Positions 42,875 through 52,458 of a DNA stretch of 64,000 nt are shown here, one piece after another (position 1 is the first letter of the stretch; each line of letters starts with the position of its first letter). A program made the translations under genes and the position numbers. The stretch is from Polaribacter sp. (GTDB taxonomy: Bacteria > Bacteroidota > Bacteroidia > Flavobacteriales > Flavobacteriaceae): contig NZ_JBPOGL010000013.1 of assembly GCF_051251875.1 (NCBI RefSeq), forward strand, positions 14,683 through 78,682, read 5' to 3'. The notes beneath the pieces were generated by a model. That model made no database searches, was not told the origin of the DNA, and saw only the letters and a list, made by a program, of their open reading frames with translations.

Positions 42875-45800
42875 TTAAATATTTATTTCTTCTAAAATTG
42901 AATGGTACAATTTCTTAATATATTCAACTTTAAAACGTTTTTCGTGATACCAAAAATTAAATGATAAACCTCCTTCAAGTTCATTAACCACGAGGTGTAT
43001 CCCTGGAATTCGTTTTATAGATGAAGGAGGACATTCAACAAATTCTTCTTCTAGAGTAGGGCCTAAAATCTCAATTATTTTGACATTTTTAGATTTTTTC
43101 TCCTTTTTATAATTCGTAAAATTGATACCTATATCCGTAAAATATGTATCCATCGGAAACCCAGAAAAAAGACCTACGTGTTTAGTCATATCAGATACAG
43201 GATAGTGTGACCTCATATTATATTGGATGACTAAATGATTTAGACGTAAAGCAGTATTTAAAATGGGTTCATCCCTCAAATCAATTTTCAAAGGGAAAGG
43301 TGCCGTAAATGGACCTATGGTATTGGCATATTTTTCTTCAGCTCTTCCACTTGAGATTACCGCAATTAAAACTTCTCTAAGCGATTTTATTTTGCCTATG
43401 GCTCGTGCATATGCTGAAAAGATAATTGAAAAAAGGGAGACTCCCTCTTTTATAGAAACTAGGCTTAATTGATTATATTTTTCTATCGATAAACTTTGGC
43501 TCCAACGAACTGATTTTTGTGGTTGAGTTATTTTTAACGAATGCTTTTCAGAAAGCAATGTTGATTCAGTAGTTGTACTAAAAACACCTTGAAAAAAGGA
43601 ACGGTCATTTTTTATATCATTCTGACAATATTTTTGCTGCCAGTCTATATAATCTTCATATTGTTTGTAATTAGGTAATATGTGTTTTCCAATACCTAGT
43701 TCATTTTCATAGGTCTTTTTTAACTCTTCTGAAAAAGTTGTCAGAGAGACTCCGTCAAAATCAATATGTTGTAGACACAGAAAAAGAACGAACCTATTTT
43801 CTTTCAGTTTAAAAATTTTTATTTCCCAAGGAATGCTGATTTTTCCAGAACGTGTTACTTTATACCTCTCTTCACAAAATCTTTTAAGTACTATTTGTTT
43901 TTCTTCTAGATTCAACTTGCTAATATTTGTAAAAAGTGCATTATCATCAAAAATAGGCATCTCATTTACATTCAATATCTTAACACAATCTTCACCGTAA
44001 TAATACCTTAGGGAATTATGACGACTTATAATTTTTCTTAAAGCTATTCGTAATTTATTTTCATCAAGTTTATAATTAAATATAATTGGAACTACTCGAT
44101 ATCCATATCCTTTTTGAATAAGCTGAACCCATCTTTCTTGTTGGAAAGAAAGTTTCTCTAGTTGACCGTTTATGACTTTTTCATTTTTGTTTTCTTTTTC
44201 TATTTCCTGACTCGTTTGAAGTTTTTCAGTTAACAAGTTAGTAATGCCTTTAATTGTTGGATTATCAAAAATAAATGTAACACTTATCTCTACTTCAAAA
44301 ATACGTTTTAATTTATTTCGAACTTGAATGCTCGTAAGCGAATCTACACCATATTCAAAAACACTTTTATTTTCATCAAGTTCAAAAGATTCGTTATGCA
44401 AATATCCAATAACAGAATTAAAAACTTCTTTCACTTTTAAAATTACAAACTGATTTTGTTCATTTATTGATAAATCGACAAATTGTTGCTTTATTGATTT
44501 TTTCTTTTCATTTTCCGTAACTATTTTCGGAATAAATGTTTCATATCGATTCTTCTGTCGGTTAGGAATAGTTTCTAAATAATTGGACCAATTCATAGGA
44601 ATTACAATTAATTGATTCCAATCCATATTTATCACATTTCCAATAACTCTTTTACCTTCATTGTTTCCAATTAAATTAAATCCTAATGATTTTAGATGTT
44701 GTTGAATTTCTAATTTCCCTTTCAATTCACCAGCTTCAGACCAAGCCCCCCAGTTTATATTATGAGAAGGTAGATGCTGGCTTTTTCTATAACTGCTAAG
44801 TGCATCCATAAATGCATTCGCGCCCCCATGATTACTTTGCCCATGATTACCAATAATTGAAACGATTGACGAAAAAGTTACAAAGTATTTTAATTCCTTA
44901 AAGTATTTAATCGAATTATTATGCAAAACTATCGTTCCAAGAACCTTAGGAATAAAACAAGTTTCTATTGTCTTAATACTCTGGTTTAGAATTGTTGCAT
45001 CTTCTATTGCTCCTGCTGTTTGAAATATCCCTAAAACTGGTAATTCTTTGTTGGATATACTTTCGAAAAAACTAGATACTTCCTCTTCTTTAGAACAATC
45101 TATTTTATAATAGTTAATTTCTGTATTAGGATATTGATGTTTAAAGTTTTTCAAGTAAGTATTTCTATCTTGATTCAATGAACTTCTACCAAATAATATA
45201 ATTTGCTGAACACCATGTTCTCCTAAAAATTCAGCAGTAATTTTCCCTAGTCCACCAAAGCCTCCTGAAATTATATATACCCCATTTTCATCCAATTTAC
45301 TTTGTTTGCTTTTTGGGATTTTATTTTTTGACTTAAGATATGGTAAATAAACCCTATTTTCCCTGATAGCAATTTCTTGCCTATTTAACAATATGGCAAA
45401 TACCTTTTCAAAAGTATCTTTATTAATGGTTTCCCCTTTACTAAAATCTAAAAAACCAAAATTAATTTCAGTAATCTCCAAACTCAAGGAACGCAATACC
45501 CCCTGAATACATCTTCCAATAAAATTACAGACAATATCATCATCCATTACTTTTTGTGCAGATGCTGTTATTTGGTAAAAATTAATATTATCGTATTTAA
45601 TCTGAATGAGTTTTTGGAAAAAAGTAATGATTTGATGAATTTGATGTTTTAGTTTTTCATAAAAAGAAGAATTAAAGGACAAATCAGTTTCTAATTCAGA
45701 AACATATACAAACATCAAATTTTCTTTTCCTCCAATTATCTTATCTAAGAAAACAATTTCATTGTTGATATCAGAAATATTAAAACATGTATAATTTGCA

Positions 45801-48800
45801 AATGCATTTTCCAAAAATTGTCGAGAATGATTTGTTAGTGGTTTATCAATTAAGACTATAACCTGATATGACAAAGAATCAATTCCATGGAATTCAGTTA
45901 TATTACTATCATTTCGTTCCCAAATTATTTGACAATATGCATCTTTCATATTATCAGATTCCGTTGAATTAACTAAAACGAAATTTCCCTTTTCTGGAGG
46001 AGCAATCCAATATTTCTGTTTAGCAAATTTGTATGGAATAGGGGATTTTTTCTTTTCATCAAAAGAATTAGAATTCATTGATTTCCAATTTATGTTTACA
46101 CCACTCTCATATAAAGCTGAAATACTATTATAAAATTCCTTTTCTTGAAGTAATATATTACGTTTTGATGAACGAGAAAATGTAGGGATTAGTTTAAGTC
46201 CTGAATCGGGAAAACTCGCTTCAATTAACCCAAGTAGTACAGGACTAGGACCTATCTCCAAAAATGTCGTAACCCCCTTATTTAAAAGATGTTCGATTCC
46301 ATTATAAAACAATACAGTTTCACGAGTATGCCTACTCCAATATTCAGGTCTTATAAAATCTTCTTTCTGTCCTGATACACCTGAAAGATTAGATACAATT
46401 GGGATTTTTGGAATATTATAATCAATCTGTCTCAGAACTTCCATAAAGGGTATCTTCATAGCATCCATTAATGGGGAATGTCCTGCTCTATCAATAATTA
46501 ACTCTTTCCATTTTATTCCTTCTTCGCTACACTTTTTTGATAATTCTTCAATCCCTACCTTATCTCCTGATGCAACAGTACTCACAATACCATTTATCGC
46601 AGCAATGGAAATAGATATTTCATATTGTTCTATCCATTTTTCAACTTTATCTGTTCCTGTAAGGATGGATATCATTCTTCCTTCTTCCGAAACAAATTCA
46701 TCCATAAGTTTTCCTCGTTCCAAACTTAGCCATAGACCTTCTTCAAGCGAAAAAACTTCGGCAACACAAGCTGCTACATACTCTCCTGTACTATGGCCGA
46801 TTAATACGTCTGGAATGATACCCAATGATAAGTAACATTGTGTTAATGCATATTCAAAAGAAAACACAGCAACCTGAGTGTATTTAATTTGGTGCATCAA
46901 GCTTTTGTCTTTTTCAGAAAAAAGCAAATCAAGTAATGATACTTTATCGATTTTTTGTAAATATTGATCACATTTTATGATTACCTCTCGAAACACTTCA
47001 TTTGATTCAAAAAGATATTTCCCCATAGAAGAATATTGAACTCCTTGTCCTGTATAAACAAATGCTAATTTTCTTTTCTGAACAGGAGTTGTATTTATAA
47101 AATCATTTTCTTCTATGATTTTTTGTTCCAATAATATTTGCGTTTTGGAAGTCAATTCCTCTAATGATTTGGCAGAAATAAGTGTCCGGTTAGAATACAA
47201 TGGTTTTAGCATAATCTGACTAAACGCCAAATCACTAATAGATTTACAATTCCCTTTTTGCAAATAGTCCATTAATCCTCTTAATTGATTTTCAAGCCCT
47301 TCAACACTTGGGGCACTTATAGGAATGCATTCTACTTTCTGATTTAAATTAATAGTTCGTTCCTTTGGATGATCATGTTCTTCCAAAATAGCATGAGCAT
47401 TTGTACCACCTATTCCAAAAGAACTAACTGCTGCTCTTCTTGAAGAGTTTGTTTCCCATATTTTAGATGTACCATTATTAATATAAAAAGGGGAATCTGA
47501 AAGATTCATTCTTTCATTCGCTTGTTCGAAATTAATTTGAGGAGGAATGGTTTCATAGTAAAGGCAAAGTGCTGTTTTAATAAACCCAACAACTCCAGAT
47601 GCCCAAGAAAGATGTCCAATATTTGCTTTTACGCTGCCTAAAGCACAAAACGAAAGTTGATCTGTATACTTCCTATATACTTTTGATAAAGAACGGATTT
47701 CAAGTGGGTCACCAAGAATTGTACCTGTACCATGTGCCTCAACATAACCAATTGTATCAGGGTTAATTTTAGCTGCTCGAATAGACTTGAGGATAACATC
47801 CTGTTGCCCAAAAGAACTTGGTGTAATGAATCCTGCTTTCTCACCTCCATCATTATTTATAGCAGAACCCAATAAAACAGAATAAATGCGGTCACCATCT
47901 TTGATTGCTTTATCATAATCTTTCAAAACAACCATTCCAATACCACTTCCAAAGACTGTTCCTGTGGCATTCTTATCAAATGGACGACACTGACCATTTT
48001 TTGAAAAAACCATATCTGGCTGGTATAGGTATCCACATTTTTGAGGAACAGTAATATTTACTCCACCTGCAATAGCTGCTTCACATTCCCCTTTCAAAAT
48101 ACTTTCTGCTGCCATATGGATTGCTACTAATGAAGTAGAGCAAGCAGTTTGTACTGTAACAGCTGGTCCTTTTAAATTTAATTTAAATGCTATTCTAGTT
48201 GCCAGATAGTCTTTATCATTAGCAACCATCAATTGCAGTTCGTTTGATGATTCCAGAAAAGTACGATTTTGATGCATTCCAGTTGCTGGATGAACATTAT
48301 TTAAAAGATAAGTACTGAAACCACAACCTGCAAAAACACCAACTCTGCTAATAGATTGCTTACCATAATATCCAGCATTTTCTAATGCTTGATAGGCACA
48401 TTGCAATGCTAGTCTATGTTGGGGATCCATTATTGAAGCTTCCCTAGCACTAAATCCAAAAAAATCCGCATCAAAATATTCAATATCGTCAAGGATTCCT
48501 GCATAATGCATATAGTCTTCGTCTTCTCTAAGTTGAATATTCCCTGACTCTATATCTCCCTTTGGAATTGACTGAACAGATAATTTTCCTCCCTTAATAT
48601 TTTTCCAAAAATTTTCTAAATCAGCTGCTCCAGGAAGATTACAAGCCATTCCTACAATGGCTATTCTCTTTATTTTTTCTTTATTTTCTAAAGGTGCATC
48701 TTTTTCTTCTTCATTATTTAACAAATCTCCTTGAAGTAAATTGGCAATCCCTCTTATAGTTGGATATTCAAATAATGAAATAATATCTAATGATTTTTCT

Positions 48801-50470
48801 AAATCTAATGTTTGGTTAATTTGTTCTATTACAGTAACTGCTAAAATAGAATTCCCTCCCAAATCGAAAAAAGGATCATTCACACCTATGTCTTCTATTA
48901 CTAAGCATCTCTCCCATATTTCCTTCACCTGATTTTCCAAACTATTATTTGGAGATTTATATTGACTCATCAATGGTGGCCTAACCCTGTCTAATTTCAG
49001 TTTAGAACGATCAATTTTACCAGACACTGTCTTCGGTATCTCATCGAGTTTTGTTAATTTTGAAGGCAACATGTATTCAGGAAGTTGCTCTCTCAAATAT
49101 TGTTTTATTGAACTGAAACAATCAACTTGATTTTTTTCTTTTAGAATATAAAAAGCACAAACCAATGGTATTAAACCATCTTTATATATCTGAACTACAG
49201 CCTGTGAAACTTGAGGGTGTCCAGCAATAACTACTTCAATTTCTGCAGGCTCGACTCGATACCCACTAATTTTGACCTGATAGTCAGACCGTCCACAAAA
49301 AAGGATATTACCATCTTCTTGAACTTTTACTAAATCCCCTGTTTTGTAACTTTTTATTGATGTATCAGTTGGTAGAGGAATAAATAACTCATTTGTTAAT
49401 TCATCATTATTTATATACCCTTGAGCAAGGCAAACCCCGCTAATAAATAATTCCCCAATTTCTCCTTTAGCAGTCTCTTTACCATCTGAAATTATATGTA
49501 AGCCAACGTTATCAATTGCAATGCCTATAGGTGCAATTTCAGCCCAGTCATCTACATTAGGGGGAAGTGCATAAGCACTTACAACATGTGCTTCTGTCGG
49601 TCCATATTGATTAATTAATCTACAATCAGATTCTTCTTTGAAGAACGTTTTAATAGGTTTAGTAAGTAGTAATTGTTCTCCAGCAGAAATCACTTCTTTC
49701 AGAAAGATAGGGATAGGTTCTTTTTCATAAGCTACTGTAAGTTCTTGTATCATAACATAAGGCAAAAAAATTCTACCAATATTATTTTCATTCAAGAATT
49801 GAAGTAAGCTCTTTGGAACCCTACGTATCTGTTCACTAATCAAAACTAAAGTTTTCCCAAAACAAAGGGTTGATAAAATTTCCTGTAATGAAACATCAAA
49901 CCCCAAAGGTGCAAATTGTGCTACTCTTTCAATTTCAGGATCTAAGTGTAAAAGCTGCCATTCTATCAAATTTTCAAAAGAGACCGTTCGGAATAAAACC
50001 CCTTTAGGCAAACCTGTAGAACCAGAGGTGTAAAGAATATATAAGAATTCTCCTTCCTCTGATTTCACTTCAACATCTTGATTTCTATCTATATCTATAT
50101 TTTTAAAATTCAGCCAATTAACTTGGTCAATCTCTATTACAGGTTCTTTATCCGTTAAAATAAACTTCACCCCAGAATTAGCTATTATATACTCTATTCT
50201 TTTGGTAGGTAATTTATTGTCTAATGGTAAATAAATAGCCCCTTTCTTAATTATGGCAATAAGGCTTGCTATCTGCATAAATGATTTATCTGACTTCAAA
50301 CCAACAATATCTCCTGGCTCTATCCCTGAATCATCAAGTATTTTAAACAAACAATTGACCATCCTTCCTAAATCCTTATAAGTATATTCAGAATTACTAC
50401 TAAGAATAGCTTTCTTTAATGGTATTTCTTTGACATTCCTTTCAATGTATTTTAATAATATATTCCTCAT
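42875..50470 (-). CDS. Hybrid NRPS-PKS, A-T-KS-AT-KR-ACP-C
   Basis: A cores; T GGNS; KS VQTACSTS/EAHGTGT/NIGH; AT GHSTG and RAGH; KR GGFGGLG/GQSNH; ACP GVDSL; terminal QHIDFDG; no TE. Confidence 0.93.
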   Translation of the reverse strand: MRNILLKYIERNVKEIPLKKAILSSNSEYTYKDLGRMVNCLFKILDDSGIEPGDIVGLKSDKSFMQIASLIAIIKKGAIYLPLDNKLPTKRIEYIIANSGVKFILTDKEPVIEIDQVNWLNFKNIDIDRNQDVEVKSEEGEFLYILYTSGSTGLPKGVLFRTVSFENLIEWQLLHLDPEIERVAQFAPLGFDVSLQEILSTLCFGKTLVLISEQIRRVPKSLLQFLNENNIGRIFLPYVMIQELTVAYEKEPIPIFLKEVISAGEQLLLTKPIKTFFKEESDCRLINQYGPTEAHVVSAYALPPNVDDWAEIAPIGIAIDNVGLHIISDGKETAKGEIGELFISGVCLAQGYINNDELTNELFIPLPTDTSIKSYKTGDLVKVQEDGNILFCGRSDYQVKISGYRVEPAEIEVVIAGHPQVSQAVVQIYKDGLIPLVCAFYILKEKNQVDCFSSIKQYLREQLPEYMLPSKLTKLDEIPKTVSGKIDRSKLKLDRVRPPLMSQYKSPNNSLENQVKEIWERCLVIEDIGVNDPFFDLGGNSILAVTVIEQINQTLDLEKSLDIISLFEYPTIRGIANLLQGDLLNNEEEKDAPLENKEKIKRIAIVGMACNLPGAADLENFWKNIKGGKLSVQSIPKGDIESGNIQLREDEDYMHYAGILDDIEYFDADFFGFSAREASIMDPQHRLALQCAYQALENAGYYGKQSISRVGVFAGCGFSTYLLNNVHPATGMHQNRTFLESSNELQLMVANDKDYLATRIAFKLNLKGPAVTVQTACSTSLVAIHMAAESILKGECEAAIAGGVNITVPQKCGYLYQPDMVFSKNGQCRPFDKNATGTVFGSGIGMVVLKDYDKAIKDGDRIYSVLLGSAINNDGGEKAGFITPSSFGQQDVILKSIRAAKINPDTIGYVEAHGTGTILGDPLEIRSLSKVYRKYTDQLSFCALGSVKANIGHLSWASGVVGFIKTALCLYYETIPPQINFEQANERMNLSDSPFYINNGTSKIWETNSSRRAAVSSFGIGGTNAHAILEEHDHPKERTINLNQKVECIPISAPSVEGLENQLRGLMDYLQKGNCKSISDLAFSQIMLKPLYSNRTLISAKSLEELTSKTQILLEQKIIEENDFINTTPVQKRKLAFVYTGQGVQYSSMGKYLFESNEVFREVIIKCDQYLQKIDKVSLLDLLFSEKDKSLMHQIKYTQVAVFSFEYALTQCYLSLGIIPDVLIGHSTGEYVAACVAEVFSLEEGLWLSLERGKLMDEFVSEEGRMISILTGTDKVEKWIEQYEISISIAAINGIVSTVASGDKVGIEELSKKCSEEGIKWKELIIDRAGHSPLMDAMKIPFMEVLRQIDYNIPKIPIVSNLSGVSGQKEDFIRPEYWSRHTRETVLFYNGIEHLLNKGVTTFLEIGPSPVLLGLIEASFPDSGLKLIPTFSRSSKRNILLQEKEFYNSISALYESGVNINWKSMNSNSFDEKKKSPIPYKFAKQKYWIAPPEKGNFVLVNSTESDNMKDAYCQIIWERNDSNITEFHGIDSLSYQVIVLIDKPLTNHSRQFLENAFANYTCFNISDINNEIVFLDKIIGGKENLMFVYVSELETDLSFNSSFYEKLKHQIHQIITFFQKLIQIKYDNINFYQITASAQKVMDDDIVCNFIGRCIQGVLRSLSLEITEINFGFLDFSKGETINKDTFEKVFAILLNRQEIAIRENRVYLPYLKSKNKIPKSKQSKLDENGVYIISGGFGGLGKITAEFLGEHGVQQIILFGRSSLNQDRNTYLKNFKHQYPNTEINYYKIDCSKEEEVSSFFESISNKELPVLGIFQTAGAIEDATILNQSIKTIETCFIPKVLGTIVLHNNSIKYFKELKYFVTFSSIVSIIGNHGQSNHGGANAFMDALSSYRKSQHLPSHNINWGAWSEAGELKGKLEIQQHLKSLGFNLIGNNEGKRVIGNVINMDWNQLIVIPMNWSNYLETIPNRQKNRYETFIPKIVTENEKKKSIKQQFVDLSINEQNQFVILKVKEVFNSVIGYLHNESFELDENKSVFEYGVDSLTSIQVRNKLKRIFEVEISVTFIFDNPTIKGITNLLTEKLQTSQEIEKENKNEKVINGQLEKLSFQQERWVQLIQKGYGYRVVPIIFNYKLDENKLRIALRKIISRHNSLRYYYGEDCVKILNVNEMPIFDDNALFTNISKLNLEEKQIVLKRFCEERYKVTRSGKISIPWEIKIFKLKENRFVLFLCLQHIDFDGVSLTTFSEELKKTYENELGIGKHILPNYKQYEDYIDWQQKYCQNDIKNDRSFFQGVFSTTTESTLLSEKHSLKITQPQKSVRWSQSLSIEKYNQLSLVSIKEGVSLFSIIFSAYARAIGKIKSLREVLIAVISSGRAEEKYANTIGPFTAPFPLKIDLRDEPILNTALRLNHLVIQYNMRSHYPVSDMTKHVGLFSGFPMDTYFTDIGINFTNYKKEKKSKNVKIIEILGPTLEEEFVECPPSSIKRIPGIHLVVNELEGGLSFNFWYHEKRFKVEYIKKLYHSILEEINI

Positions 50471-50508
50471 AGTTTTTTTGATATATTCATTCTTTACCCA
50501 TTCTGCTG

Positions 50509-51714
50509 TTATAAATTATTTTGAAGTGCTGAATAGACCATATTTTGAAATAAATCTAGATTAAATTCATAATAATCCGTTTTAACATCATAAGTTCGAA
50601 TAGAACTTAAGAATACTCCTACTAACTCATTTTTAGGATCCCCCCAAATACCAACACCAAATGAACCTTCATGGTGAAATGCATTTATAGGTATTAAAGA
50701 ACCATTTATGTATTTCCATCTTTCTTCACTTTGAACCGCCCAACCATAGCCTCTTGAAGCTTGGTGAATCCATAAACCATCTCTATTTTTTGCCTTTATA
50801 TTAGGGATTTGATTTTGAGTCATAATATCTATGCTCGATCTACTCAATATTCTTTTGTCCCCATAACATCCACCATTTAAAAACATTTGACAAAACTTAG
50901 CCATATCTATTGAATTAGATATTAATCCTCCTGATGCATGGGGAATAGTCAATCTCTTAAAGTTATTAGGGTCTCTTCCTGTACCCTCATAAATTTTGGG
51001 ATTTGCTGTAACTCTAGCATCTTCCGCTTCTTGTTTTAGACCAAACCATGAACTCTTCATCTCTAATGGCGTAAAAATAAACTCTTGCGAAAATTCATTT
51101 AAACTTTTTGAGCTTAGCCTTCTAACTATTTCTGAAACTAGTATATAATTAAACCCGCAATACATCATTATCCGACCAGGTTTGCACCTCGGCTTGAGTT
51201 GACTATAGCACAACTCTAACATTGAGTGAATATAAGGATGTTGATTCAGTTCACAATCAACTTGATCTCTAGGAATATCATAAGGCAGTTTTCCAATTAA
51301 TTTAAACCAATCATTTGCATTATAACCAGAGGTATGAGTTAATAAATTCCCTACCATGACCCCAGATGAAAGATTATTTTTCAATTCAGGAATATAGTCG
51401 GTAACAGGTCTAGTCAAACTCAAAATTCCATCCTCAACTAATATCATTGCTAAGGTAGCAATGACAGGTTTTGAGCAAGATGATAAACTAAATACAGCAT
51501 CTGGAGTTAATATTGAAGTTGGAATATCATATTTCAATCTACCAAAAGAATAATTAGAAACAATTACTCCTTTCCTTGCTATTAAATAAGTTAAAGCCGA
51601 AGTATTATTGTTTTCTACCCATTCTTCAGCTCTTTTTTTAATTAATTCAAGTCTCTCGTCGATGAATCCTACATCTTCGTTTTTTCCCAATACTAAAGTG
51701 GAATTGTTTATCAT
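50509..51714 (-). CDS. Serine hydrolase, beta-lactamase/PBP family, cytoplasmic
   Basis: SxxK (SCSK), LLTHTSG, YCG at the YxN position, HEG; no signal peptide or TM segment evident. Confidence 0.88.
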   Translation of the reverse strand: MINNSTLVLGKNEDVGFIDERLELIKKRAEEWVENNNTSALTYLIARKGVIVSNYSFGRLKYDIPTSILTPDAVFSLSSCSKPVIATLAMILVEDGILSLTRPVTDYIPELKNNLSSGVMVGNLLTHTSGYNANDWFKLIGKLPYDIPRDQVDCELNQHPYIHSMLELCYSQLKPRCKPGRIMMYCGFNYILVSEIVRRLSSKSLNEFSQEFIFTPLEMKSSWFGLKQEAEDARVTANPKIYEGTGRDPNNFKRLTIPHASGGLISNSIDMAKFCQMFLNGGCYGDKRILSRSSIDIMTQNQIPNIKAKNRDGLWIHQASRGYGWAVQSEERWKYINGSLIPINAFHHEGSFGVGIWGDPKNELVGVFLSSIRTYDVKTDYYEFNLDLFQNMVYSALQNNL

Positions 51715-52451
51715 TTCATATTTTTTTTGTAAGAATTAACAATAAATGAATCCCATTCAGGCTTTGGATTATCATAATGAACCATTAGATGTACTCTTCT
51801 TTCTTCAGAGATATTTATAACACTGTGTTCAATACTAATATCGAACTTAAAAGCTTTTCCTTCCTCAAAAGGGATTATACCTTTATCCTTAAGAAGGAAA
51901 TACGCTCCCTTTGGATTCGTTATCGCTATATTTACAGATTTAGGTAAGAAACTTTTCTGAGTATCTGTATGTGGAAGTATATAACCACCTGGTTCCAAAA
52001 CCATTAGTCTTATTCTATGGAAAAATTCAACTTTAAAGGAATTCTTAATTGCATTCGTTGTGATAGGACAGAGATCTGATAATTCAGTCCATTTATATGG
52101 AGTCTCAGAATCACTTTTATAACCATAATGCCTTGGAGATCTAGTTTTATTAGTTGAAAGACCATGTAAACATAAACTCCACCAACCATTATGCATTTCT
52201 TCTCCTCTATGGGTTGAACTGTTTTCATAAAAGTCAAGAACATTTAAGATCTCAGTTCTTATTTTATTTATTGGTAATCTTAAATCTATTTCTAAATAAG
52301 GTATTAAACTATTAGTACTTATCCAATCTCTGGTAATAATATTTTGTTTAGGGAATTTTTGTTTTTGGATACAAAGCGAATGTTTCTTCCAAAATTTTGT
52401 AATTTCATCTGGAAAGGGTAAGTTACTAATTATGGAATAAATATTTTCCAT
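51711..52451 (-). CDS. Aspartyl/asparaginyl beta-hydroxylase-family 2OG-Fe(II) oxygenase
   Basis: RIRLMVLEPGGYILPHTD, HSVIN, RVHLMVH. Confidence 0.85.
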   Translation of the reverse strand: MENIYSIISNLPFPDEITKFWKKHSLCIQKQKFPKQNIITRDWISTNSLIPYLEIDLRLPINKIRTEILNVLDFYENSSTHRGEEMHNGWWSLCLHGLSTNKTRSPRHYGYKSDSETPYKWTELSDLCPITTNAIKNSFKVEFFHRIRLMVLEPGGYILPHTDTQKSFLPKSVNIAITNPKGAYFLLKDKGIIPFEEGKAFKFDISIEHSVINISEERRVHLMVHYDNPKPEWDSFIVNSYKKNMK

Positions 52452-52458
52452 TGTTATA

